DNA from: an uncultured Gemmataceae bacterium
GTDB lineage: Bacteria; Planctomycetota; Planctomycetia; Gemmatales; Gemmataceae
Assembly (NCBI GenBank): GCA_963750165.1
Contig: CAVVPN010000003.1
Coordinates: 544,001-608,000 of the forward strand
DNA: 64,000 bases
Direction of reading: 5' to 3'
Positions 1-9,632 of this stretch are shown here, piece after piece; the first letter of the stretch is position 1, and each line of letters starts with the position of its first letter. Below the pieces are notes generated by a model. The model was given only the letters and a program-made list of their open reading frames with translations, was not told the origin of the DNA and ran no database searches. The position numbers and the translations under genes were made by a program.

Positions 1-622
1 TTCCAGCTTGCCCTTTGAGTCCACCACCGTCAAGCAGGGCGGGGCGGCGCAGGTCGTGGTCGGCATCAAGCGCGGCAAGAACTTCGACCAGGACGTCACA
101 ATCAAGTTCGACGGCCTGCCCAGCGGAGTGACCCTCGATCCCGCCAGCGCCGACATCAAGCGAGGCGAAACGGAGGCGAAATTCACGCTCAAGGCAACGG
201 ATGTCGCCGCCCTGGGGGACTTCACGGTCAAGGTGACGGGACACCCGGCCAAGGGGGGCGACGCCAAAAACGAATTCAAAGTCACCGTCGAAAAGAAAAG
301 CACGTTCACCCTGAGCGTGCCTTACAGCCTGCCCTTGATGTCAACCAGCGTCAAGCAGGGCAAGACGACGAAGGTCGCGATCGGCATCAACCGTGACAAG
401 CACTTCGACCAGGACGTCACCCTCAAGTTCGCCGGACTGCCCAAGGGAGTGACCCTCGACCCCGCCAGTTCCGTCATCAAACACGGGGACACGGGAACGA
501 ACGTCACGCTGGTGGCCGCGGACAACGCCGTTCTGGGTGACTTCACCCTCAGCGTGACCGGACACCCGACGACGGGGCGCGACGCTACCAGTGACTTCAA
601 AGTCACCGTCACCACACGGTAG
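1..622 (+). CDS. Protein with at least two tandem ~100-aa Ig-like repeats (5' end probably upstream of window)
   Basis: Duplicated unit VKQG..V.IGI.R.K.FDQDVT.KF.GLP.GVTLDPAS..IK.G.T....TL.A...A.LGDFT..VTGHP; stop at 620-622. Confidence 0.75.
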   Translation, partial: SSLPFESTTVKQGGAAQVVVGIKRGKNFDQDVTIKFDGLPSGVTLDPASADIKRGETEAKFTLKATDVAALGDFTVKVTGHPAKGGDAKNEFKVTVEKKSTFTLSVPYSLPLMSTSVKQGKTTKVAIGINRDKHFDQDVTLKFAGLPKGVTLDPASSVIKHGDTGTNVTLVAADNAVLGDFTLSVTGHPTTGRDATSDFKVTVTTR

Positions 623-791
623 CTTGAAGAGGGGAACAGGACCGCGCCGACTTCCCTGAACGGTGGAAGAGCGGTCTTGTTCCCACCTCGGGTACTCGTG
701 TATTTACTGTTTCCAGTGACTTACGGAGCCCTCACCGTCTACCGCCGAGTGGGCGAACGGTTTCTCGCTATTGCGGAATCGGAGCTGCAAC

Positions 792-1385
792 ATGGACACC
801 CTTCAAATCGTCAGAGAAATCGCTCAAATCGTGTACTACGTCGCCCTGAGCATTGCCGGCCCGTTGGCTGTCATTGAGTACCTGAAAGCCAAGAAGACAG
901 ACCGGCTGGCACGGGAGTACAAGACTTACGACGAACTGGACTCGAAGTTCTTTGAATACCAGAAGCTGGCGTTGCAGTATTACGACCTGGACATTCTCGA
1001 CGTTCCCAATAACGATCCCTCGCTGGCGTTCGACAAAAAACGCAAGCAGGAGCAGGTCGCGTTCTCCATCCTCTTTTCATTGTTTGAAAGGGGGTTCCTC
1101 ATGTTCAAATTCCATACGGAAGAATTCAAGACGAAACAGTGGTCCGGGTGGAAGCATTTTCTCGATGATTTTATCCGGCGCGAGAGCATTCGCTCCGCCT
1201 GGCAACTGAGCAGGACACGGTACGATGCCGATTTTCAGGCGTTCATGGATGGAAAAATCGCAGAGGTACTGGCGGCCCGTCCGGTTTCGGGTGCGGATCC
1301 TGGGAAGGCGAACGGCAGGGTGGTTGCCGAGTTCGTTGGGACTGTCGCCGAAACGTCGCCCGGGCATTCGCCCCCCAGCACGTGA
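792..1385 (+). CDS. Hypothetical protein with N-terminal TM helix (DUF4760-like helical family possible)
   Basis: GGAG RBS before ATG 792; hydrophobic IVYYVALSIAGPLAV then a helical domain; visibly more AT-rich than neighbours. Confidence 0.7.
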   Translation: MDTLQIVREIAQIVYYVALSIAGPLAVIEYLKAKKTDRLAREYKTYDELDSKFFEYQKLALQYYDLDILDVPNNDPSLAFDKKRKQEQVAFSILFSLFERGFLMFKFHTEEFKTKQWSGWKHFLDDFIRRESIRSAWQLSRTRYDADFQAFMDGKIAEVLAARPVSGADPGKANGRVVAEFVGTVAETSPGHSPPST

Positions 1386-1488
1386 CGTGAGGCGAGTACC
1401 GTAAACCACGGTGCCGGCGGTCTTGCTCACCCGCCGAAATCGACTGGGGCCGTTGAGCGTGTAACCATTCGGGAGAAGGGAACTGCGC

Positions 1489-1698
1489 ATGCTAAGTAGT
1501 TACTCGGTGCTCTGCCCGCTCGAAGGCTGTGACTGGAGCGGCAGCTTGGTGCCGTCCCACCTCCGGGGCGGGGCCGACGCGGAGATCGTGTCCATGCACC
1601 GGGCCTGGTTTCGCTGCCCGCGCTGCCAGCGCGACTGGGAAGTGCGCATCACCAACGACAAGGTGACGATCCTGCCGGCGGTCGAGCGCGGTGGCTGA
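1489..1698 (+). CDS. Small zinc-ribbon-like protein
   Basis: CPLEGC...CPRC motifs, 69 aa, purine-rich RBS. Confidence 0.65.
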   Translation: MLSSYSVLCPLEGCDWSGSLVPSHLRGGADAEIVSMHRAWFRCPRCQRDWEVRITNDKVTILPAVERGG

Positions 1699-2230
1699 AG
1701 CGCAGCGTCTGCCCGGGGCGAAAGTAGTCTTGGACCGTTCCCTTGTTCAACCGATGGCACTTACGACCATGAAAAAGCTCTCGCTGCTCGAACAACGTCG
1801 GCTCGCGGAATCACCCGAAGTCCCCTGCACGCCTTCCCGGGCATTCGGCATTCTGGTCGTCGATGACGAAATGTGCGTGCGCGACGTGCTGAACGACGGG
1901 ATGCGCGGCTATGGTTTTGCCGTGTGGTTGGCGGCCGATGGGGAGGAGGCCCTCGACGTGTACCGGCGCCACCACGAGACCATCGACGTGGTCCTGATGG
2001 ACGTGTGCATGTCGGGACAGGACGGCCCCCAGGCGCTGGCGGCGCTGCGAGCGTTCAACCCACAGGTTCGCTGCTGTTTCATGACCGGCGATCTCGGCAG
2101 TTACTCCGCGGAGCATCTGCACACCCTGAGCGCCGCCGCCGTCCTCCGGAAGCCGTTTCGCCTCGCCGAAGTCGCCCGGGCGCTTGGCGAACACGCGCGC
2201 CAGGCCCCCCAGTTACCGTCCAGCCCGTAA
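1691..2230 (+). CDS. Single-domain response regulator (CheY-like receiver); start may be 1754 or 1769
   Basis: ILVVDDE, VVLMDVCM (phospho-Asp), MTG, RKPF motifs. Confidence 0.9.
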   Translation: MAEAQRLPGAKVVLDRSLVQPMALTTMKKLSLLEQRRLAESPEVPCTPSRAFGILVVDDEMCVRDVLNDGMRGYGFAVWLAADGEEALDVYRRHHETIDVVLMDVCMSGQDGPQALAALRAFNPQVRCCFMTGDLGSYSAEHLHTLSAAAVLRKPFRLAEVARALGEHARQAPQLPSSP

Positions 2231-2278
2231 GCGTGCATTCGCCAACCAGGAGCAAGGAACCAACTCAGGAGGTGACGC

Positions 2279-3511
2279 GTGGCTGTCGTTCGGCCCCTTT
2301 TCATATCGACCTATCCGCCGGAAGAGTGCGGGCTGGCAACGTTCACCCGGGATTCGGCAGACGCGGTGGACCTGGCGGCGCGGGAGTCGGTGTCCTCGGT
2401 GGTGGCGATCCAGAAGACGCCCGGGCTCCGTCACGAAGACCCGCGCGTGGTTCATGTCATCGATAACCAGCGCCCGGGCGCTTACCACCTGGCCGCGGAG
2501 GTGGCCAACGACGGCCCGTGCGACGTGGTCAGTTTGCAGCATGAATTCGGCCTCTATCCCGGGGACTGGGGTAGTAACGTGCTGGACTTTGTGCGAACCT
2601 GTCGCAAGCCCATCGTCACCACCTTCCATACGCTGATCACGCGGCCGGACCCGCTGCCGCGGCGACTGATCCAGCACCTGGCAGACCACAGCCGGGGCGT
2701 GGTGGTCATGACGAACCTCGCGGCCAGGCTGCTGGCGAACGTCTACGGGGTGTCAGGGCGGCACGTGCGGGTGATCCCCCACGGCGTCCCGGTGGTCCCG
2801 CGGGAACGCGACGACGGGCCTAAAACCCGGCTGGGGCTGCGCGGCCGGCGCGTCCTCTGCACCTTCGGGCTCATCAACCGGGGCAAGGGGCTGGAGTACA
2901 TGATCGAGGCCATGCCCCGCATCGTGGCCGCGTTCCCGGACGCCCTGTACCTGATCGTGGGCGCCACCCACCCCCAGGTCAAGCGCCACGAAGGCGAGGT
3001 TTACCGCGAGAGCCTGGTCGCGAAGGCCGCGGCGCTGGGCGTGGGCGATCACGTGCGGTTCGTGAACCGCTACCTCAGCCTCGCCGAACTCCTGGAACAC
3101 CTGCAGTCCTGCGACGTGTACGTCACGCCGTACCCCGGCAAGGACCAGATCGCCAGCGGCACCCTGGCGTACGCCCTGGCCGCGGGGGGCGCGGTGGTGA
3201 GCACCCCGTACCTGTACGCCGAAGAGGTCCTGGCCGACGGCAGGGGCCAGCTGGTGCCGTTTGCCGACAGCGGGGCCATGGCCGGGGCCACGCTCCGTTA
3301 CCTGAGCGAGCCTGCGTTTCAGGCAGAGACCCGGCGCCGGGCGTACGAATATGCCCGGCCGATGTTCTGGCCGAATGTCGGCCGGCAGTACCTGGAACTC
3401 TTCGACCAGGTCGCGACGGCCAGCCGGAGGCGGGTGGAATCGCTTTGCCGCGCGTCTTTTCCGAGTCCCCGTGGCCAGCGCCACCCAATCGAACCGCTGC
3501 AAGGAGGCTAA
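2279..3511 (+). CDS. Glycosyltransferase family 4
   Basis: [52 protein letters not shown] before GTG. Confidence 0.92.
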   Translation: MAVVRPLFISTYPPEECGLATFTRDSADAVDLAARESVSSVVAIQKTPGLRHEDPRVVHVIDNQRPGAYHLAAEVANDGPCDVVSLQHEFGLYPGDWGSNVLDFVRTCRKPIVTTFHTLITRPDPLPRRLIQHLADHSRGVVVMTNLAARLLANVYGVSGRHVRVIPHGVPVVPRERDDGPKTRLGLRGRRVLCTFGLINRGKGLEYMIEAMPRIVAAFPDALYLIVGATHPQVKRHEGEVYRESLVAKAAALGVGDHVRFVNRYLSLAELLEHLQSCDVYVTPYPGKDQIASGTLAYALAAGGAVVSTPYLYAEEVLADGRGQLVPFADSGAMAGATLRYLSEPAFQAETRRRAYEYARPMFWPNVGRQYLELFDQVATASRRRVESLCRASFPSPRGQRHPIEPLQGG

Positions 3512-3513
3512 AA

Positions 3514-4590
3514 ATGCTGTTCGGTGCTGAACTCCCGATGGACCACCTGGACCGCCTGACCGACTCGACCGGGCTGATCCAGCACGCCATTTACACCGTC
3601 CCGCGGCGCGAGAGCGGCTACACGACGGATGACAACGCCCGGGCGCTGCGCCTCTGCACCCGCCTGTGGGGCCGGCGCCCGGACGAGCGCATGCTGGACC
3701 GAGTGACGGGCTACCTGAGCTTCCTGGAATTCGCCCGCTGCCCTGGCGGTGGGTTCCACAACTTCCTGAGCTACCAGCGTGACTGGCTGGATGTGGAAGG
3801 TTGCGGGGACTGCCAGGGGCAGGCGGTGCGTGCCCTGGCCGAGGTCCTGGGCAGCGGCCTGCCCGAAGACTACCGCGCCCTGGCCCGGGACCTGATCGAG
3901 GCCGTCCTGCCGGCGCTCGCCGACCTGCGCAGCATCCGCGCCCAGGCTTACATCATTCTGGCCTGGGGCCATCTGTGGACGGCCGGGGTGTCCGACATGG
4001 ACCCCCTGGAGGCAGTCGCCTGGTCCGCGGCGCGGCGGCTGGTGGAGAGCTACGACCGCGCCCGGCGGCCGGACTGGCCGTGGTTCGAGTCGCGGATGAC
4101 CTACGCGAACGCGGTGCTGCCCCACGCCCTGTTCGTCGCCGCCCGGCGCTGGCCCGGCGAGCCGTTCCGCGCGGCCGCGGAGGAAGCGTTCGCCTTCCTC
4201 GACCGGGAGACCACCGCCGAAAACTTCTTCTGCCCCGTCGGGAACGACGGCTGGTATCCCCACGGGGGAACGAAGGCGGTGTACGACCAGCAGCCGGTGG
4301 AGGCCGACACGATGGGCGAGGCCGCCCTGGCCGCGTTCAGCCTGCTTGGCGAGGCGAAGTACCTGGAGACGTTCCGACGCACGGTCGGCTGGTTCCGCGG
4401 CGAGAACAGCTTGGGGCTGCCCCTCAACGACGCCCGGCGCGGCGCCTGTTACGACGGCCTCCAGCCCACCGGCGTGAACCGGAACCAGGGGGCGGAATCG
4501 ACCCTCGCCTACCTGGCGGCGGCATTGCACGAACTTGAAGTCCGCCAGGCCCTGGCGGACGGTAGCCAGACCGCGGTTGCGAGCGCATGA
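3514..4590 (+). CDS. (alpha/alpha)6 glycoside-hydrolase-like protein associated with GT4
   Basis: DHLDRLTDSTGLIQHA...GYTTDDNARAL...YDQQPVE...NRNQGAESTLAY; AGGAGG RBS before ATG 3514. Confidence 0.85.
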   Translation: MLFGAELPMDHLDRLTDSTGLIQHAIYTVPRRESGYTTDDNARALRLCTRLWGRRPDERMLDRVTGYLSFLEFARCPGGGFHNFLSYQRDWLDVEGCGDCQGQAVRALAEVLGSGLPEDYRALARDLIEAVLPALADLRSIRAQAYIILAWGHLWTAGVSDMDPLEAVAWSAARRLVESYDRARRPDWPWFESRMTYANAVLPHALFVAARRWPGEPFRAAAEEAFAFLDRETTAENFFCPVGNDGWYPHGGTKAVYDQQPVEADTMGEAALAAFSLLGEAKYLETFRRTVGWFRGENSLGLPLNDARRGACYDGLQPTGVNRNQGAESTLAYLAAALHELEVRQALADGSQTAVASA

Positions 4591-4628
4591 CACCTTCCTC
4601 GCTGCGAGGATTACTCAAGGAACTTGTA

Positions 4629-5618
4629 ATGAATCGGGAACCGAAGCCGCCCGGCCTGTATGCCGAACTGTTCCACCGCCACCCCGCCAACCCGATCCTC
4701 ACCGCCCGGGACTGGCCGTACCCGGCCCACACGGTGTTCAACGCCGGCGCGTGCCAGGTGGGTGAGGAAACGGTGCTGCTCGTCCGCGTCGAGGATCGGC
4801 GCGGGCATTCCCACCTGACCGTGGCCCGGAGCAAGGACGGCGTGTCGAACTGGCACATCGACTCCAAACCCAGTTTCGCCCCCGACCCGAACACGTTTTC
4901 GGAGGAAGCCTGGGGCGTGGAAGACCCGCGCCTCACCTGGGTCGAGGAGCGCGAGGCGTGGGTCATCGCCTACACGGCCTTCTCGCCGAGCGGGCCGATG
5001 GTGTCGCTGGCCCAGACGAAAGACTTCCGGACCTTCACCCGGCTCGGCCCGGTCATGCCGCCGGAGGACAAGGACGCGGCCGTCTTCCCCCGCCGCTTCG
5101 GGAACCGCTACGCGATGATCCACCGGCCGGTGTCCGCGGGCAGCTCGGGCGCGCACATCTGGCTGTCCTTCTCGCCGGACCTGACGCACTGGGGCGACCA
5201 CCACATCCTGCTGCACGCCCGACGCGGCGCCTGGTGGGACGCCAACAAGATCGGCCTAAGCCCGCCGCCGCTGGAGACCCCGGAGGGCTGGCTGCTCCTC
5301 TACCACGGCGTCCGCCACACCGCCGGGGGCTGCCTGTACCGCCTGGGGCTCGCGCTGCTCGACCTGGAAGACCCGCGCCGGGTCCTGCGCCGCACCGACG
5401 AGTGGGTGTTCGCGCCGGAGCTGCCCTACGAGCGCCAGGGGGACGTCAACGGCGTGGTGTTCCCCTGCGGCTGGGTGCTCGACAAGGCCAGTGGTTTGAT
5501 CCGCATGTATTACGGCGGCGCGGACAGTTGCGTGGCCCTGGCCACTGCCCAACTTTCCGACCTGCTCGGCCACCTGCGCAAGTGCCCCGCACCCCTGGCG
5601 CGCAGCGCACGGGCATGA
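4629..5618 (+). CDS. GH130-family glycosidase / beta-mannoside phosphorylase
   Basis: NPIL, VFNAGA, GVEDPR, EDKDAAVFP, LLLYHGV, VVFPCG motifs. Confidence 0.9.
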   Translation: MNREPKPPGLYAELFHRHPANPILTARDWPYPAHTVFNAGACQVGEETVLLVRVEDRRGHSHLTVARSKDGVSNWHIDSKPSFAPDPNTFSEEAWGVEDPRLTWVEEREAWVIAYTAFSPSGPMVSLAQTKDFRTFTRLGPVMPPEDKDAAVFPRRFGNRYAMIHRPVSAGSSGAHIWLSFSPDLTHWGDHHILLHARRGAWWDANKIGLSPPPLETPEGWLLLYHGVRHTAGGCLYRLGLALLDLEDPRRVLRRTDEWVFAPELPYERQGDVNGVVFPCGWVLDKASGLIRMYYGGADSCVALATAQLSDLLGHLRKCPAPLARSARA

Positions 5619-5690
5619 CACTGCCCGAGTGAGCAGCAACGCCGGGGTGGGGTCAGGGATGCGTCTCGGGTCTGGTTCCTTTGTGCGGTT

Positions 5691-5897
5691 TTGGGTTTCG
5701 CCGTTGGTCTGGGAGTGGCTTTCCTCGTCGTCGCCCTGATCGCTGCCCTGCTCGGCTTCGGCGGAGTCGCGGGCATGTCGTTCGCTGGGGCGGAGATATT
5801 CTTCGTCATCTTCCTCGTGCTCGTACTGTTGACTTTCGTCGGGGGCTTCGTGATGAGGAGCAGGGCGGGCGATGACGCGGGGTGGCGCCGATGGTAA
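5691..5897 (+). CDS. DUF1328 (UPF0391) small membrane protein
   Basis: FLVVALIAALLGFGGVAG...IFFVIFLVL signature; start uncertain. Confidence 0.75.
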   Translation: MGFAVGLGVAFLVVALIAALLGFGGVAGMSFAGAEIFFVIFLVLVLLTFVGGFVMRSRAGDDAGWRRW

Positions 5898-6111
5898 AGG
5901 AGCTCACCCGGGCAGAGAAGGACATCCGGGCAATAGACGGAAGTGTGCGGGGAACGAACCCACCGCACATTTCACGCGCAGGGGTGTTGAGTCGATCCTG
6001 GCTGCGGGCGCAAACAAGACCCAAAAGCACTGCCGAGGAGAACCAAATCATGACGGAATTACGACAGACTGCAAAGGAGTGACAGGCCAACAAAGGAACG
6101 GAGCCCGCGTG

Positions 6112-6297
6112 ATGAAGGTGCTGAGAACCCTCGCCTGCTGGTGCCTCGGCCACGCCCCGATCACGGAGCGCCGCGGCGACGACAGCGTGCTCGCTTGCGA
6201 GCGGTGCCACCGCCTGTTCGAGGTGTTCGTGCGAAACCTCTATGCGAAAAATCACCCGGCCAGGCCGCCCCTGGCACCGGAGGAGGCTGTACCGTGA
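6112..6297 (+). CDS. Small Cys/His protein (DUF1660-like zinc finger)
   Basis: CWCLGH...CERCH; GGAG RBS. Confidence 0.5.
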   Translation: MKVLRTLACWCLGHAPITERRGDDSVLACERCHRLFEVFVRNLYAKNHPARPPLAPEEAVP

Positions 6298-6396
6298 CGG
6301 AACGGCGAGATGATTGAGACCATCTACGCGCGGTTCACGCACGGATTGCGCACAAGTAACGGCGGGCACGGGCTGACCTCCAGCGGCCTGCGCTGC

Positions 6397-6458
6397 CACA
6401 GCAAGGGGGCCAAGGGGGCCAAGGGGGCCAACTTTTTCACACGTCGAGATTCGGCGCC
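6397..6458. repeat. Dispersed repeat, copy 1 (partner 44867-44928)
   Basis: CACAGCAAGGGGGCCAAGGGGGCCAAGGGGGCCAACTTTTTCACACGTCGAGAT. Confidence 0.85.
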
Positions 6459-6616
6459 TGGCAGCGCCGGCCTGCCGTTCGTGGTCCACACAACTGCGAA
6501 CCGCGCTAGGTGGGGATGTTGACCGAGGAACTGGGTAAGGCCCGTGGGCCGGACGAGACCCCGGCAGTCGCGCCCCCTGCAACAACAGTGAGCCCCAACG
6601 CGAACAGGAGGCAACG

Positions 6617-6937
6617 ATGGAGAAGAGCATTGCGGCGTTGATCACGGCGGGCCTCGTGGCGGTTGCGGCCCTCGCCGCCCTGGCCATTTTGAGGTGGCGG
6701 CAGCGGCAGCGCGTCCGCCAGGTCGGGCTGTGGGTGAAGGACTACCTGGCGCACCGTAACGGCGGGCCGGCGGAGCAACTGGCCATTCACTGCTCCGACG
6801 ACCGCCTGTGGCCGGTGCTGGTGACCTTCCGGGCACCGGCCGACGGGGTCCGACACACCCTGCAGTTTTCTTGCCCCGGGCAGCAGTCCTCTCTGTCACT
6901 CCTCTCGGAGAAGGAGGAATGCGTGCCAGGGGCCTGA
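6617..6937 (+). CDS. Hypothetical membrane-anchored protein
   Basis: AGGAGG RBS; N-terminal TM helix. Confidence 0.75.
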   Translation: MEKSIAALITAGLVAVAALAALAILRWRQRQRVRQVGLWVKDYLAHRNGGPAEQLAIHCSDDRLWPVLVTFRAPADGVRHTLQFSCPGQQSSLSLLSEKEECVPGA

Positions 6938-7254
6938 TGCCCTCGGCGGCCCAGTTCGTTCACCCCGTCCGCTACTCTTGCTGCGCGGAGTGCCGCTTCA
7001 TGGTCGCGATTCCAATCCTCAGGTGCTACTCGGTCCCGAGAGGGTGCGCGATTCAGACGATGGACAGGGCCCCGGAATACGTGGACCATGTCCGCGCGTT
7101 GTGCGACCCGCTCGGCTGGCCTGTCGTCGAGGAGTTCAGAAGAACGGGAGCGGCGCCGAACCCGTTCCTCATCTTCATTAACGGCCCCACTGCCGCAGAA
7201 TTCCTGAGTCGCTTCAGGGACGACTCACAACTTGATTTCTCGCGGTGCCAGTAG
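6937..7254 (+). CDS. Hypothetical protein
   Basis: TGATG translational coupling with upstream ORF. Confidence 0.45.
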   Translation: MPSAAQFVHPVRYSCCAECRFMVAIPILRCYSVPRGCAIQTMDRAPEYVDHVRALCDPLGWPVVEEFRRTGAAPNPFLIFINGPTAAEFLSRFRDDSQLDFSRCQ

Positions 7255-7419
7255 CACTGACCAATCCTTTGGGTTCCCTCCCTGCTTGATTTCTACACCC
7301 CAACCAGATGCCGTATGGAACTGCAATTCTGTGTGCATCGGCGCCATTCTCGACGGGGGCGCGCGGTTCGCGCGGGACCGAAGGGCCGATGGTCCAACCG
7401 CCAACAAGGAGCCCTCTCC

Positions 7420-7830
7420 GTGTCAAGCACCGGCCAAGAAGGAGCGGGACCGCCCCTGCCACCCCCTCCTATCCCACCATCGCCGCCGGGCCTGCTGCTG
7501 ATTGGCTTCTGGATGCTGCTCGGGGCGTCCGGTGGCATCACCGCCGCCCAGAGCGCCTGGCGACTACTCGACATCCCCGTCGGAGTGGTGAGCATCGCCG
7601 TGCCGGTCGGCGGTGCTGCCGGCGCCCTCGTCGGGGCACTGCTGGGCCTGATCCGCGACCCACGCCTGCAGGCGCTGTTGCTGGCGGTGTTCGCCGGCGC
7701 GGCCGCCGGCGGTGTCGCCGGCCGGGTTTCCTGGGGCGAGGTCGGGGAGGTCGGCGGTCAGGTGGCCGGCGGACTATTGGGAGCGGTCGCCTGGGCGTCC
7801 TGGTTGTACTACGGTCGCAAGAGGTCGTAG
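7420..7830 (+). CDS. Gly/Ala-rich multi-TM membrane protein
   Basis: AAGGAG RBS before GTG 7420; about four hydrophobic GxxxG-rich segments. Confidence 0.7.
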   Translation: MSSTGQEGAGPPLPPPPIPPSPPGLLLIGFWMLLGASGGITAAQSAWRLLDIPVGVVSIAVPVGGAAGALVGALLGLIRDPRLQALLLAVFAGAAAGGVAGRVSWGEVGEVGGQVAGGLLGAVAWASWLYYGRKRS

Positions 7831-7997
7831 ACTCCGACGTGAGGTTCTCCGGGGGCGCCGTCCGACTATTCCACGCAATCGTACGGCCCTGCGACGCCAC
7901 CGCCCTGGTACTGGGTATAATGAGTCGGAGGATGTGGGAAAAATACGCTGCAAAAGCAGGCGAAACGAACGATAACAAATCCATCGAAGGGGCACCG

Positions 7998-8201
7998 ATG
8001 CATCAGTTATCAAGCGCCGAGCGGCTCTTCACAACGCGCGAGTTCGACCGCTGGTGGGAGGCCCAGGGCCGAGCCGGCGCACTGCAATACTCGCTCGACC
8101 CCGCTTCGGCCAGGGTTCTGGCCTGGGAAGCGTGGCGGAAGGGACGAGAGCAACTGAGCGAGGCCACGGCCGCGCAGCTGTTGCAACCGGCTCGCAAGTA
8201 G
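7998..8201 (+). CDS. Hypothetical small protein
   Basis: GAAGGGG RBS; FDRWWEAQG...AWEAWRKG. Confidence 0.55.
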   Translation: MHQLSSAERLFTTREFDRWWEAQGRAGALQYSLDPASARVLAWEAWRKGREQLSEATAAQLLQPARK

Positions 8202-8272
8202 GTTCCGCGCGCGGGCGATCCGCGCGCACGGAGTCCAAAATTCTTTCCCGCCCGTACTGAACGGAGACCCGG

Positions 8273-8518
8273 ATGAGGAAGGTTGCGACGGTTGTGTCGT
8301 GGGTCGTCTACCTGATGACCGTTTACAAGAAGGAGGGGAGCATGCGCGCCGTCTGCGAGCAGGGCGAGTGGGACGAGATGGAACTGGCGCGACCCGGCTA
8401 CCACACGCTCGTCCAGTCCGGCATCCCGAACGAGGGCGAGGCGGAGCGGCTGGCGCGGGGCACTTCGGGCGACACGCACAGACAGGGTTATGCGAAAAAG
8501 TCGTCCATCAGGGGATAG
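8273..8518 (+). CDS. Hypothetical small protein
   Basis: GGAG RBS; WVVYLMT...AVCEQGEWDEMELARPGYHTLVQSGIPNEGEAERLARGTSGD. Confidence 0.7.
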   Translation: MRKVATVVSWVVYLMTVYKKEGSMRAVCEQGEWDEMELARPGYHTLVQSGIPNEGEAERLARGTSGDTHRQGYAKKSSIRG

Positions 8519-8789
8519 CGCGCGACAGGAGCCCTGGGTTCCCGGTCTGGGGACGACGACAGCCTGGGAAAACGGTCGAGGGCCAGGCGCAGTGCCGGTG
8601 CTGGCTGAATCCCCGGGTAGGAATCGGGAAGCCGTTTGTGGAGAGTTGGAAGGGGGCCGGTATGGCCACCACCCCTGGGGCATCCTCCGTGAATGGCCCG
8701 TGGGGGTGGCGTAAGCGGTTGGGCAAATCAAGGTGGAAATCGGCCTCTTGGCGGCCCACTCCCTTCCTCACGGCACAGGAGTGGCGGAA

Positions 8790-9083
8790 TCAAGGGGAGG
8801 GCAGCATAGGCCCCTCGCGCACGTACATCTGTCGGCCGCAGAACATCGCCGGTTCGCAGTCCGCATGGTCGGTCAGTTCGTTGTACTCCGCCTGGGTGAA
8901 TACCTCGGGGGGGCCCCGGGTCAGGCAGGTTTTGCGGAGATAGATCTCCTCGCGATCGACCGTGACGTGACGGGGCGCCTCCACCCCCAGGCGCACTTTG
9001 GCACTAACGATCTCGGCCACGACCACGCGAATCTTGCCTGCGATGACGATGGCCTCATGCACTCTGCGGGTCAACACCAACAT
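8790..9083 (-). CDS. csrA: Carbon storage regulator CsrA with C-terminal extension
   Basis: MLVLTRRVHEAIVIAGKIRVVV...VRLGVEAPRHVTVDREEI; AAGGAGG RBS. Confidence 0.9.
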   Translation of the reverse strand: MLVLTRRVHEAIVIAGKIRVVVAEIVSAKVRLGVEAPRHVTVDREEIYLRKTCLTRGPPEVFTQAEYNELTDHADCEPAMFCGRQMYVREGPMLPSP

Positions 9084-9258
9084 GGCATTCCCTCCTTGAC
9101 GTCTCGGCCGCCGACATGACGGCCGACTCGGCGGACCTCCGGGGAGGGGGAAGGGGGGCGCCCGCACTTCCTTGCGCAGCAATGGCCGTCCCAAGGCCCC
9201 GCCGACCCCTTCCCGCCACCCCGGAATTGCTCCGGCCCGCTCGTCCCGTCATCGGCGA

Positions 9259-9370
9259 CAAAAAAAGCCGACGCGGTGGAACGCTCCAAGGCATTCGACC
9301 GCGTCGGCTTACTCTTCAACGGCCCTCCCTGCGTCGGCGGGTTGGCCTTTGATTAGTCATCCGATGACTT
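9259..9370 (-). promoter_or_regulatory. Structured leader/sRNA candidate ending in an intrinsic terminator upstream of csrA
   Basis: Minus strand: palindrome AGTCATC-G-GATGACT, GGCC-closed stem, then AAGCCGACGCGGT...ACCGCGTCGGC followed by T7. Confidence 0.55.
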
Positions 9371-9632
9371 AGAGGTAGAGGGTATGTGCTGACGCTGAGG
9401 AAATCAAGTGCAGTATCGTTCAGCTGAATTGCAGCGGATATCAACGATCTTATCACTGTTGTTTTGAAGCGGCCCACTTCCGCCAGTTCCTTCAGCCACT
9501 CTACAACCAAAGGGAAAAAACCGGAGACGTTGGCACGCGCTGAACTGGCCGGGGCGGGAAGGCTTGTTGCCACTCGATGGAAGTAATATGTTCTTGAACG
9601 GTGGTCCCGGAAAGGCGCGTCTTGTATGAGGC

